From positions 4,216,001 through 4,280,000 of the forward strand of contig NC_086104.1 in the NCBI RefSeq assembly GCF_963921235.1: a stretch of DNA of 64,000 nt, read 5' to 3'. Positions within the stretch are counted from its first letter, which is position 1, and the number at the start of each line of letters is the position of its first letter. A program made the translations under genes and the position numbers. Shown in pieces: positions 12,081 to 24,635 of the stretch. The stretch is from Mobula hypostoma (lineage: Eukaryota). The notes beneath the pieces were generated by a model. The model was not told the origin of the DNA and did no database searches. It saw only the letters and a program-made list of their open reading frames with translations.

Positions 12081-14128
12081 AACTGAAGGAAGAGTGAGTA
12101 AGGGATTTGAAAGTTGGAGGGGCTTTATTTTTATAAAGCCAACTTTGTTCCTTTAGTAGACTCTATGAAGTATTTATTTAGTAGATGGAGTCCACTTACA
12201 TTTTCACTTGTTGGTTATATTCATATAGGTAAAATGATGATTTTACCAACATTTTTATATTTATTTCAGAATATCCCTGTTTTTTGACTAAGAAGTTTTT
12301 TGATCGGATTGATTCTATTATTTTATCTTTTATTTGGAATAATAAAAGACCAACAATTAGTAAATGTCACTTACAAAAATTGAAAAAGGATGGAGGTTTT
12401 GCTTTGCCTAATCTAAGAATGTATTATTGGTTTGTTAATGTGCGATACATGTCTTTTTGGTTATATTTGGTTGATAAGAGTGATCGGCTGATGTGGGTAG
12501 ACCTGGAACTGAAAGTTGTAAAACAGTTTTATTTAACCTCGTTATTAGGAGCTACTTTACCTATACAATTAGCTAAAGTTGTTAATTTAGACCTATATCC
12601 TGTGATTAAGCATTCTTTAAAAATTTGGCTCCAGTTCTGCAATTTTTTTTAATCAAAAAATTTTAAACTTTGTAGTTTAATTTATCGAAATTACTTTTTT
12701 AAGCTTTCTTTGAATGATCCAATTTTTTTTACTTTGGAAAAATAAAGTTATTAATTCTTTTTTGAATTAATTTAAAAAAGATAGATTGATCTTTTTTGAA
12801 CAATTAATTGAGAAATATTCTCTTTCATACTTACACTTTCTGCAATATCTTCAAGTTAGACATTTTTTGCAAAAATATTTAAGTAATTTTCCTTACACAT
12901 TGGAGGCTGACCTATTAGATAATATTATGAGTATGAACCCTTTGATCAAGGGTTCTATTGGAAGAATTTATAATTTATTATTGCAATGGGATAAGCATCC
13001 TTTATCTAAGATTAAACAGGATTGGGAAAAGGAACTCAATTTGACTTTTATGACGGAAGATTGGATGCGGATTTTGAAGTTGGTTAACTCTTCTTCAATT
13101 TGTACTAGCCATTCATCGATTCAATTTAAAATTGTACATCATTATCATTTGATGAAGGAGAGAATTTCTAAAATCTTTTCTAATGTTGATAGTTATTGTG
13201 ACAGATGTAAAACTGAGATAGCTACACTGACACATATGTTTTGGTCTTGTTCTATATTGGAACAGTTTTGGAAGTCAGTTTTTTCAACGATTTCTAAAGC
13301 ACTTAAAATTAATCTACAACCTAATAAAGTAACTGTGCTTTTTGGAATAATTCCTCAAAATATTCATGGTATTTCTGTGTCTGATCAACATGTTATTGCA
13401 TTTGTTATATCGCTAGCTAGGAGGGCCATTTTGTTGAAGTGGAAGGATACATCACTTTGTCACAATGGTTCTCTCAAGTGATGCTATGTCTTAGTTTGGA
13501 GAAAATTAGAAGGCAAATCTTTGAACCTTTATTTGATTTTGAGAAAAGATGGGGCTCATTTGCTCGTTATTATCATTTGAGCTAATTGATAGATTTTTTC
13601 CACATCTAATTGTAAATTTTTTGGTATATTTTCTTTTCTTGCTGGCAGTTTGATGTTTATTTTTAGAAGCTTTTTGTATGACACATGGCTCCGGAGTTGT
13701 ACACCTAATGGGTTCTTTTCTCCCTTTTTCTGCTTAGTAGGTTTTTTTTGCTATCACAAATTTTTTTTCAATCTTTAAGATAATGTCTTTTTTGAAACTT
13801 TGTAAGTGTTGTTACATCAATGTACTCGTGTTATTTCTTTTGTATAATACAACAATAAAAAGATTTGAAAAGAAAGAAATTTGGATCAAGTGCAAATTCC
13901 ACCAGTTTCTGTTCAGCACAGGATGTCAAAGGTAAAGCAGCATTGATAATGATGGGACTGAGACACACGTTGGGATATTGGAGAAGAGGAGGAAGCTGAG
14001 AAGCAAAACAGCCTGACTGACCGGCTTTAGGGAGTGATGATCCTCACAGGGACACACTGAATTTTACTCATTTTCACCTTGTCTCTAAATAAACAAAATG
14101 AATAAAAATGTCCTTAAATCAGACATAC

Positions 14129-14156
14129 CTGTATTAAATATTCATTCTTATAGACC
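14129..14156 (-). CDS. Candidate cytoplasmic micro-exon (G)VYKNEYLIQ
   Basis: ctcccttcacag|GGTCTATAAGAATGAATATTTAATACAG|gtatgt, 28 nt. Only the phase-2 entry is open, which matches the TM exon donor. Exits in phase 0. Confidence 0.55.
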
Positions 14157-14379
14157 CTGTGAAGGGAGTTCACTGTCTCCTTCAATTGCTATAGTCTGCC
14201 AAGTAAACAATTTATTTTGTGTGATGTGATCTGGGGTTCAAAGCCACTGACAATGATGGAATGATTTCATATCTCCAAGTGAGGGTTGTGATGGCCCTCT
14301 GCTGGCATTCCACGTGCTCAGTGTCCTTCTGGGTGATAGAGGTTAGGGCTTTACACAAGAGCTTTCAAAGAAGTGATGA

Positions 14380-15430
14380 AGGGATCAGCGGTGGAAAGAG
14401 CGAGTAGCTTTATGTTCCTCGATGTCAACATCCCTGAAGCTGGCAGCATGGTAGTGTAGTGGTTAGCACAACACTTTACAGTACCAGTGACCCAGGTTCA
14501 ATTCCCACTGCTGACTGTATGGAGTTCACACATTCTCCCCGTGATGGTGTGGGCCTCCTCCAGATGCTCCTGATTCCTCACACAGTCCAAAGACGTACCG
14601 GTTGGTAGGGTAAGTGGTCGTTGTAAATTATCCCATGACTAAACTAGGGTTAAATTGGAGAATAACATGGTCGCGTGGGTCAAAGGGCCGGAAGGGCTAC
14701 TGCACACTGTATCTCAATTAATAAATAAATAAATAAAAGATCTATCCGGGGTGCAACACATTGGTTCAGTCATGAAGTGGACATGCCAACAGTTCAACGA
14801 AAATAGGAGTTTGAGGAGATTTGGTGCGTCACCAAAAGCTCTTGCAAATTTCTACAGAGAGACGGTGGAGAACATTGTGACTTGTTGTACAACAACCTGA
14901 GAGAGAGGCTCCAACACACACATTGCAAGAGGGTTGTAGACTCAGCCAGCTGGGGATCAGAACCGTCCCCATCATCGAGGACTATTACAGAGGCAGTACC
15001 TCAAGAAGGCGGCATCCACCATTCAGGACCCTCACCACCCAGACATCCCCCTGCTCGTTACTCCCGTCAGGGAGAATCAGAATCGGGTTTAATATCACTG
15101 GCATATGTCATCCAGACATCCCCCTGCTCGTTACTCCCGTCAGGGAGAATCAGAATCGGGTTTAATATCACTGGCATACAGTATGTCATGAAATTTGTTG
15201 TTTAATGGCTGCAGTACATAATAATTATAAACTATAAATTACAATAAGAAGTTTACATATACAACATACAATAAGTTGTAATTTAAATTAAAGAAGATGT
15301 ACAAAAAGAGAGCAAAAGAAATAAAAAGTAATGAGGTACGATTCCAGGGTTCACTGTGTACTCAGAAATCTGAGGGCAGACGTGAAGGTGTTCCTGAAAT
15401 GTTGAATGTGTGTCTTCAGGCTCTTGTAGC
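14380..15430. mobile_element. Rex1/Babar-derived fragments with a 71-bp local tandem duplication (~15040-15180)
   Basis: Rex1-type 3' sequence. CCAGACATCCCCCTGCTCGTTACTCCCGTCAGGGAGAATCAGAATCGGG occurs twice, head to tail. Confidence 0.65.
14441..14738 (+). mobile_element. V-SINE (HE1-like) inserted in a Rex1 fragment
   Basis: GTAGTGTAGTGGTTAGC / GGTTCAATTCCC boxes, CACAGTCCAAAGACGT core, CR1-like GGGCCGGAAGGGC tail and (AATA)n. Confidence 0.75.
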
Positions 15431-16230
15431 ACCGTCTATAATGAGTTCTTTGGGCTGGAGAGCATTGGGTTCTGAGGTTTCTCAAGCACCTGAATTGGCT
15501 AACTGTTGTTTAATGAAACTTTATAATGACTTCGAGTTCCTTGTATTTTACTTGAAAGATCTGCTCTTTGTAATACTGTTTCCTGGTGTTTCCTGCTTAA
15601 ACTTGTTAAGGTTAAGGGTTCAGAAATGGTTTCTAAAGTCTGCCATCAGATTTCTGAATGGTCTATTGACACTGTTTTATTATTCATTGTTTCACACTTT
15701 TCATTTTGAATTTACAGTAATTTTATGTGTTTGCACTGCATGCCGACCAATACTAACTCTTCCATAGTAACCCCATCATCTGGCACCTTGTCCATCGCCC
15801 TCTCTGCCTAAGTGTTCATTGTTAGTGCTGTCAGAGACCCAGTTTCTGACATTCTCTCTGACAGTGTGTTCTGGTATTCCTGCTCTCTGGTCAAAGAGGC
15901 CCTGGCACATCCCCTCTGAATCTCTTCCCCCTCACCTTAAGACCAGGTTCTCGAATTTTATCTACCCCTGATATGGGTATGAGTTTTCTGCAGTCTAAAT
16001 CCTATCTATGTCCCTCATAACACCTCAATCGTCCCCCTTGAGCTCCCCTGCCCAAGGGAGACCAGACTCAGCTTCTCCGATCTCTCCTCATAACAGAACT
16101 GTTTCATCCCAGACAACATCCTGGTCGAGCTTTTGTGTTCTCTGACTGTTTCATTCAGATTAATTTCCTTTTCCTTTGAATGTTCAATTCAATATTGTTA
16201 AAACAAGATTCAAAATCAAATGTTATTTAC

Positions 16231-16369
16231 CCTTCTGGCGTCAATCTCTGTTGAAAACACGCCCATTTTTTCACATAGCATATTGTTGTTACTAAGATGC
16301 AGAATAAGAGTACGAGTATGAGGGTACTGGCGAGAATACTGGCCAAGACTTTCCAAGACCCACCTTCAT
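16231..16369 (-). CDS. Transmembrane exon of the V-V receptor
   Basis: Acceptor tctttgctatttttcag|AT, donor AGG|gtaaat, 139 nt, phase 1 to 2. Reads (N)EGGSWKVLASILASTLILVLLFCILVTTICYVKKWACFQQRLTPE(G): a ~25-residue hydrophobic span followed by a KK stop-transfer. In frame with the V2 donor. Missed by the ORF track. Confidence 0.85.
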
Positions 16370-19300
16370 CTGAAAAATAGCAAAGATTGAGGTAGAGTTT
16401 AGCATTGGTAATGTGAATTGCCCTTTGAATGACAGGTTTAATATGTGAACTTTGGAGGCCGATAGTTCTCCCTTAGACATCTCATTAACAGTCAGTAAGG
16501 GAGAGAGCGCCGTGCTGAAGGATGGACTTATTGGATTCAATTATCTGTCTAGTTGTATCATTGTGTGGTATGAAGCTGCAGGACCCTACAAAGGATGGTA
16601 AAAATCACCGAGATGATCACTGGGGTCTCCCTCCTCCCCTATTTGTGACATTTACCGGGCGTGTCACAGACGAAGAGCCTGAAGCATTGTTGAGGATCCC
16701 CACCACCCATCCCACAGTCTCTTTGACCCACTACGGTCAGGAAGGAGGGACAGGAGCATCAGGACTGGGACTGTCAGACTGGGTAACAGCTTCTTCCCTC
16801 AGGCTGTGAGACTAATGAATACCGTCATTACTGAGGTCTCGTCACTTGGACAGTTAGCTGATTGCTCTTTACCTGTGCTGTTCACTACCTGCAATTTGAA
16901 TAATAATATTTTGTTTTATCTGTTGTGTGTGATAAATGTTTTGTGTGTGCACTGTGGTCTGGAGGAACGTTGTGTTGTGTGGTTGTATGCAGTATATGTT
17001 TACAGTCAAATCGCAATAAACTTGAACTTAAACTAGAGCAAAGGTGCTTGCGACACTGAAAGGTATGAAAGTAGATAAGTCACCTGGACCACACGGTCAA
17101 CACCCGAGGGTTCTGAACATTGTGGCTGAAGAGATTGCAGAGGAATTAGTAATGACCTTTCAGGATTCATTCGATTCTGAAATGGTTCTGTAAGACTGTA
17201 AAATCGTAAATGTCACTCCATTTATTCCCACTCTTTGCCTCCTGCCAATCAGTCAATTCTCACTCCATGCTAGTACCTTTTCTGTAATACCATTGGCTCT
17301 TATCTTGTTAAGCAGCCTCATGTGGAACTTGTCAAAGGCCTTCTGAAAATCCGAGGGCTCGATATCCATCGATTCTCCTTTCTCTACCCTGCCTGTTATT
17401 TCCCCAAAGAATTCCACAGATTTGTCAGGAAGGATATCCCCTCAAGGAAACCGTGCTGAGTTTGGCCTGTTTTATCATGTGCCTCCAAATACCCCAACAC
17501 CTCATCCTTAATAATAGACTCCAACATCTTCCCAACCACTGATATAATTTCCTTTCTTTTGCTTCCTTCCCTTCTTAAAGAGTGGAGTGACATTTTTGGG
17601 CCACTTATCCAAGAAGGAATGTCGTGCCATTGGAGAGGGTCGAGAGGACATTCCTGTGAGGATTCAGACACAGATCATTAAATAAACTACAGTGTCCAGT
17701 ATGTGAGGTAATATACTAATGTGGACTGTGGATTGGTTATAAACAGAAAACAGTCTGTTCAGAACCAGTTTCTGAAACGTTTTAGGATTGTGTGACTCTG
17801 AGTGTTGGTGTATCACAGTGAATTGATTGGTGATGTCGGTGAGGGGACTGTGTGATGGATAAAGTTACTCATTGGCAGTGTGGCTATGAGGACGATGTGA
17901 GGAGATTTCAGACAGACAGAACAGGTTAGTGAATTGTCAGATGGGAAGAATGAGATTGAAAAGTGTTGGTGTCCAGAGGAACCTGGATGTCCTACTTGTG
18001 TAATGAAGGTGATATGTAGGTATGGTGAGTAAATATGTGATAAGCTACATGGCAAAAGGTTTCAGCTACATATTTCTGTAGTGATGTGATATCCTGGTGA
18101 CTGTGGATCTGGAATATTGTGTGATGGTTTATAAGGTGATGTTCCTTCAGCAGCGTTTCCGTGTATTCCCAATGCACGGCCTCAAAGTTCTCAATACCAT
18201 CCTGAATATTACTTCCTGGGTCATGGGCCAGTGGATCCCAGGAGTCAGTGGGAAGCTGCATTTCTTCATGGAGCAAAGTACTAACCCTTCAGACATGATC
18301 TCTCGTCCTCTCTATTCCTCAAAGAATTTCCCATGTCCGGGGAGTCTAGGACAAGAGGGCATGATTTCAAGATTGAAGGACGACCACTTAGAGCAGAAAT
18401 GCAGAGAAATAACTTCAGTCAGAGGGTGGTAAATCTGTGGAATGTGTTGCCATGAGAGGCTGTAGAGGCCAAGTCATTGGGTGTATTTAGGACGGAGATA
18501 GAAGGGAGATAGAAGGGTTCTTGATTAGCCAGGGTATGAAAGAGTATGGGGAGAAGGCAGGGAATGGGGTTGACTGGAAGAATTGACATGGGCCATGATT
18601 GAATAGCGGGGTAGACGCAATGGGCCAAATGACCTGCTTCTCCTCCTGTATCTTATGGTCTTATGGTATTAATAGGTTAGATCTTCATTCCTTAGGATGT
18701 AGAAAGTTGAGGGGAGATTTGACAGAGCGATACAAAAGTGAAAGATGTCTGCAGTATACTGAACATTCAAGAGTGACAGGGAAGTGAAGTATGTGCAGTG
18801 AAAATTACGACTGAGAATGTGCTCAGGAAGCTTAATGGTCTGAGGGTGGATAAATCTCCTAGACCTGATGGAATGCACCTCGGGTTCTGAAGGAAGTAGC
18901 TGGAGAGTTTGCAGAGGCATTAACGATGATCTTTCAAGAATCAATAGAGTCTGGCATTGTCCCAGAAAACTGGAAATTTGCAAATGTTACTCTGCTATTT
19001 GAGAAGGGAGGGAGGCAACAGAAAGGAAACTATAGACCTGTTAGCCGGACATCAGTGGTTGGAAAGTTGTTGGACTTGATTGTTAGGGATCAGATTACGG
19101 AATACCTGAAGGCACATGACAGGATAGGCCAAATCCAGCATGGATTCCTGAAAGGAAAATCCTTCCTGATAAACCAACTGTAATTCTTTGAGGAAATTAC
19201 ATGCAGGGTACACAAAGGAGATGAAGTAGACATGGTGTACTTGGATTTTCAGAAGGCCCTTGACAAAGTGCCACGCATGAGGCTGCTTAGAAAGATAAGA

Positions 19301-19445
19301 CCCCATAAAATTAGAAGGAAGTTATTAGAATCACTCACAACAAGCTGGAGGAACTCAGCAGGTCGGGCAGCATCCGTGGAAACAATCAGTCGACGTTTCG
19401 GGCCTGAACTCTTCATTAGGACTGTAGAGGGAAGGGGCAGAGGCC

Positions 19446-20676
19446 ATAGAAACCATAGAAACTACAGCACAGAAACAGGCCTTTTGGCCCTTCTTGGCTG
19501 TGCCGAACCATTTTCTGCCTAGTCCCACTGACCTGCACACGGACCATATCCCTCCATACACCTCCCATCCATGTATCTGTCCAATTTAGTCTTAAATGTT
19601 AAAAAAGAACCCGCATTTACCACCTCGTCTGGCAGCTCATTCCATACTCCGACCACTCTCTGTGTGAAGAAACCCCCACTAATGTTCCCTTTAAACTTTT
19701 CCCCCCTCACCCTAAACCCATGTCCTCTGGTTTTTTTTCTCCCCTTGCCTCAGTGGAAAAAGCCTGCTTGCATTCACTCTATCTATACCCATCATAATTT
19801 TATATACCTCTATCAAATCTCTCCTCATTCTTCTGCGCTCCAGGGAATAAAGTCCCAACCTATTCAACCTTTCTCTGTAACTGAGTTTCTCAAGTCCCGG
19901 CAACATCCTTGTAAACCTTCTCTGCACTCTTTCAACCTTATTTATATCCTTCCTGTAATTTGGTGACCAAAACTGAACACAATACTCCAGATTCGGCCTC
20001 ACCAATGCCTTATACAACCTCATCATAACATTCCAGCTCTTATACTCAATACTTTGATTAATAAAGGCCAATGTACCAAAAGCTCTCTTTACGACCCTAT
20101 CTAGCTGTGACGCCACTTTTAGGGAATTTTGTATCTGTATTCCCAGATCCCTCTGTTCCACTGCACTCCTCAGTGCCTTACCATTAACCCTGTATGTTCT
20201 ACCTAGGTTTGTCCTTCCAACGTGCAATACCTCACACTTGTCAGTATTAAACTCCATCTGCCATTTTTTAGCCCATTTTTCCAGCTGGTCCAAGTCCCTC
20301 TGCAGGCTCTGAAAACCTTCCTCACTGTCTACTACACCTCCAATCTTTGTATCATCAGCAAATTTGCTGATCCAATTTACCACATTATCATCCAGATCAT
20401 TGATATAGATGCCAAATAACAATGGACCCAGCACTGATCCCTGTGGCAGACCACTAGTCACAGGCCTCCACTCGGAGAAGCAATTCTCTACTACCGCTCT
20501 TTGGCTTCTTCCATCGAGCCAATGTCTAATCCAATTTACCACCTCTCCATGTATACCTAGCGACTGAAATTTCCTAACTAACCTCCCATGCGGGACCTTG
20601 TCAAAGGCCTTACTGAAGTCCATGTAGACAATATCCACTACCTTCCCTTCATCCACTTTCCTGGTAACCTCCTGGT
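19446..20676 (-). mobile_element. 5'-truncated CR1 inserted into a Penelope terminus
   Basis: RT C-terminal half and (CATAGAAA)n tail. 5-bp TSD AGGCC at 19441-19445 and 20677-20681. Flanks rejoin to match the intact Penelope end at ~33590-33620. Confidence 0.88.
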
Positions 20677-21439
20677 AGGCCCTATAAAGAAGGTGGGGGG
20701 AGGGTGGGAAGGAGAAGGCTGGTAGGTTCCAGGTGAAAAACCAGTAAGGGGAAAGACAAAGGGGTGGGGGAGGGGAAGCAGGGAGGTGATAGGCAGGAAA
20801 GGTGAAGAAAGAATAGGGGAAAACACAATGGGTAGTAGAAGGAGGCGGAACCATGAGGGAGGTGATAGGCAGCTGGGGGAGGGGACAGAGTGACATAGGG
20901 ATAGAGGAAGGGAGGAGGAGGGAATTACCGGAAGTTGGAGAATTCTATGTTCATACCAAGCATGCTTGGAGTATTGGCTAGTTGGCAGAAAACCACGTGG
21001 AAATAAAGGGATCCTATTCTGGCTGGCTGCCGCTTACCAGTGGAGTTCCACAGGGGTCGGTGTTGGGACCGCTGCTTTTTACAATGTACGTCAATGATTT
21101 GGACCATGGTATTAATGATAAAAAGATAGGTGTAGAAGTGGGTAGTGTTGAGGAAACAGAGAGCCTGCAGAAAAACTTAGGTAGTTTAGGGGAATGGGCA
21201 AAGGAGTGGCAAATCAAATACAATGTTAGAAAGTGTATAGTCATGCACTTTGGTGGAAGAAACAAACAGGCAGTATATTACTTAGGTGAGGAGAGAAATC
21301 AAAATGCAGAAATGCAAACGGACTTTGGAGTACTTGTGCAAGATACCCTAAAGGTTAACCTCCAGGTTGAGTCGGTTGTGGAGAAGGTGAATACAATGTG
21401 GGCATTCACTTCTGGAGGTATAGAACATAAGACCGGGGA

Positions 21440-22472
21440 TATGGGGTACCGCAAGGCTCAGTGCTGGGACCCCAGTTTACAATATATATTAATGACTTGG
21501 ATGAGGGAATTAGATGCAGCATCTCCAAGTTTGCGGATGACACGAAGCTGGGTGGCAGTGTTAGCTGTGAGGAGGATGCTAAGAGGATGCAGGGTGACTT
21601 GGATAGGTTGGGTGAGTGGGCAAATTCATGGCAGATGCAATTTAATGTGGATAAATGTGAAGTTATCCACTTTGGTGGCAAAAATAGGAAAACAGATTAT
21701 TATCTGAATGGTGGCCGATTAGGAAAAGGGGAGGTGCAACGAGACCTGGGTGTCATTATACATCAGTCATTGAAAGTGGGCATGCAGGTACAGCAGGCGG
21801 TGAAAAAGGCAAATGGTATGCTGGCATTTATAGCGAGAGGATTCGAGTACAGGAGCAGGGAGGTACTACTGCAGTTGTACAAGGCCTTGGTGAGACCACA
21901 CCTGGAGTATTGTGTGCAGTTTTGGTCCCCTAATCTGATGAAAGACATCTTTGCCATAGAGGGAGTACAAAGAAGGTTCACCAGATTGATTCCTGGAATG
22001 GCAGGACTTTCATATGAAGGAAGACTGGATGAACTGGGCTTGTACTCATTGGAATTTAGAAGATTGAGGGGGGATCTGATTGAAACGTATAAGATCCTAA
22101 AGGGATTGGACAGGCTAGATGCAGGAAGATTGTTCCCGATGTTGGGGAAGTCCAGAACGAGGGGTCACAGTTTGAGGATAGAGGGGAAGCCTTTTAGGAC
22201 CGAGATTAGGAAAAACTTCTTCACACAGAGAGTGGTGAATCTGTGGAATTCTCTGCCACAGGAAACTGTTGAGGCCAGTTCATTGGCTATGTTTAAGAGG
22301 GAGTTAGATATGGCCCTTGTGGCTACAGGGGTCAGGGGGTATGGAGGGAAGGCTGGGGCGGACTTCTGAGTTGGATGATCAGCCATGATCATAATAAATG
22401 GCGGTGCAGGCTCGAAGGGCCGAATGGCCTACTCCTGCACCTATTTTCTATGTTTCTATGTTTCTATGTTTC
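21440..22472 (+). mobile_element. Young 5'-truncated CR1 nested in an older CR1
   Basis: 302-aa RT ORF almost identical to 53716-54358. Complete 3' UTR and (TCTATGTT)n tail. Confidence 0.9.
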
Positions 22473-24290
22473 TATGATGTTGAGGCTCTATGAGGCACTT
22501 ATGAGACCACATTTGGAGTATTGTGTGCAGTTTTGGGCTCTTTATTTTAGAAAGCATATACAGACATTGGAGAGGTTTCAGAGAAGATTCACGAGATTGA
22601 TTCCAAGAATGAAAGGGTTACCGTATTAGGAACGTCTGGCAGCTCTTGGGCTGTATTCCCTGGAGTTCAGGAGAATGAGGGGGGATCTCATAGAAACATT
22701 TTGAATGATAAAAGGCCTGAATAGATTAGATGTGGCAAAGTTATTTCCTACGGTAAGGGAGTCTAGGACAAGAGGGTATTACTTCAGGATTGAAGGACGT
22801 CCATTTCGAACAGAGATGTAAAGAAGTTAGTCAGAGAGTGGTAATCTGTGCACTTTGTTGGCATAATGGCTGTAGAGGCCAAGTCATTGGGTGTATTTAA
22901 GCCAGAGATAGGTAGGTTCTTGATTAGCCAGGGCATCAAAGGATATGGAGTGAAATCAAGGAAGTGGGAATGACTGGAAGAATTGGATCAGCCCATGATT
23001 GAATGGAGGAACAGACTCGATAGGCCGAATGGCCTACTAAGTCTGCTCCTATATCTTATGGTCATATGGTTTAAAATTGTAGGCAGTATAGATAGGGTCA
23101 ATGCAAACAGGCTTTTTCCACTGTGGTTGGGTGGAACTACCACTGGATGACAGGAATTGAGGGTGAAGGTGAAAAGTTTAAAGGGAACATGAGGGGAATC
23201 TTCACTAAGAGGGTGGTGAGAGTGTGGAACGAGCTGCCAGCACAAGTAGTGCATGCAAGGTCGATTTCAACATTTACGAGAAGTTTGGATAGGTACATGG
23301 ATGATCGGGGAGTGGAAGTTGCTATACAGGTCAATGGGAGTAAGCAGTTTAAATGGTTCAGCACAGACTAGATGGGCTGAAGGGCCTACTGTACTTTTCC
23401 GTGACTCAATGACTCTAATAATGTTCTTTCTGCCATTAATTGTCTTCTCTTATTTACTTTGTATTTAATGGCCAGTCTATTTCTTTCACACACATCATTT
23501 TATCCTCTTTTCTCGTCTACTTGTTCTGACTGTTTTTCGGATTGGTAACATCACCCAGTTCTGACAACTCACACCCACAGGGTGAGCTCTTAGTAAATTG
23601 GTTTATTATTGTCACACGTACTGAGGTATAGAGAAAAACCTGTTCATCCACAAAATGACTTGCCAAGAATTTCTATATTGCATTTCACCGTGATTCTCCG
23701 ACACCATCTTGCATCCAAGACCAAGTCGGTGCTGTCTTTCATTGATTCTACAATGGTGATTATTCTGTTGTGGATTTGTTGAGTATGCCCGCAAGAAAAT
23801 AAATCTCAGGGTGACAAATATGGACTTCGATAATAAATTTACTTCGATCTTTGAAGAGATGTTAATTGTTAAATAGTTTTTTGAGCCGGCGTTTAAAACG
23901 GTTAACTGATTCTGCATCTCTTAATGTTTTATGTTTTGAATTCCACAGTTTTGGGGCTTTTGAAGGAGATGGTTGAGATTTAAGAGACCCTGATCTATGA
24001 ATCTGAACACTGAACAGTTTCTCCTTTTCTCTCCTGTGATAACACACTCCACATTGACATTTATTTTCAAATATCCAACTGGACACACAGAGCAGACGAT
24101 CAGTCACTATGTTGGTGCTCCCCACCCATGAGTTAGGGGCCACAGTGCTCTGGATCGTGTCCCAGTGATGGGGCTCCAGTATTACACTGTGTGTTCTTCA
24201 GTACAATGTGCCCAGCCACGGGAAGTGAGTGGTGTTGGAATAACTCCCAATGCAGGAACACACTGCTGAATAAATAGAACTTGTACTCAC

Positions 24291-24635
24291 TGGTTACGAT
24301 GAGCTGGGTGCCGTTCCCGTCGATGTCTCCCCACACTCTGCAGTAATAGACGGCAGAATCACTGTGCACCACGTCTGTGACTGTCAGGGTGAAGCTGCTG
24401 TTGGACGTGTCTCTGTAGGACTGGAACCTCCCAGTGAAACCCCGTCCCCTCTCTGGGCTGCCTCCTGCCCTGTGTGTTAAAACCCACTCCATGTCCTGCC
24501 CAGGTAGTTTCCGATACCAGTGGACGTCGGTGTCTTCCAGCCTGGTTTTGCTCATGGTACACCATAACCACGCCGTGTGACGCTCAGTGACACGCTGTAT
24601 GCTCGGGGACTGGATAAGGACAGGAACGTCTGCAC
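24291..24635 (-). CDS. Ig V-set domain 2 with germline-joined J-like strand (VJ exon)
   Basis: Acceptor tcttctcccttacag|GT, donor ACCA|gtgagt, 345 nt, phase 1-1. Translation ADVPVLIQSP...WLWC...DVHWYRKLPGQDMEWVL...GRFQSYRDTSNSSFTLTVTDVVHSDSAVYYCRVWGDIDGNGTQLIVT has canonical V-set Cys/Trp/Cys and GxGT. Confidence 0.93.

Larger units (their letters stand above)
7493..13876 (+). mobile_element. Full-length L1/Tx1-clade LINE, degenerate
   Basis: ORF1 remnants (7635-8458, PRSVLVCFHHF). ORF2 APE from ~9330 (ISWNIRGWNHP, QETH), RT (VSLDAEKAFD, RGTRQGCPL) and C-terminal CDRC...HMFWSC. A-rich tail at ~13855-13876. 16-bp TSD AAATTTGAGTCAAGTG (7477-7492) / AAATTTGGATCAAGTG (13877-13892). Multiple stops and frameshifts. 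Confidence 0.92.
17040..23400. mobile_element. Nested cluster of degenerate CR1 fragments hosting Penelope and younger CR1 insertions
   Basis: CR1 RT motifs throughout ([42 protein letters not shown]). Confidence 0.8.

Noticed and set aside
13900-13995. Possible exon LPPLLQYPNV... with an ITIM-like LxYxxV
   Set aside because: The acceptor is reasonable but there is no convincing donor, and the sequence abuts the L1 TSD and old repeat sequence. Worth rechecking only if cDNA supports it.
14068-14084. 7- or 17-nt micro-exon after a strong-looking acceptor
   Set aside because: It would need a 44-nt intron after the 14129 donor, which is too short for a vertebrate intron.
19712-20896. 394-aa ORF with a Pro/Ser-rich N-terminus, as a novel gene
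   Set aside because: It is a read-through of Penelope pLTR sequence into an inserted CR1 RT fragment; the junction coincides with the AGGCC TSD.
24360-24366. RSS heptamers inside or near exons (24360, 35501, 3800)
   Set aside because: They fall within coding sequence and have no nonamer at 12 or 23 nt spacing.
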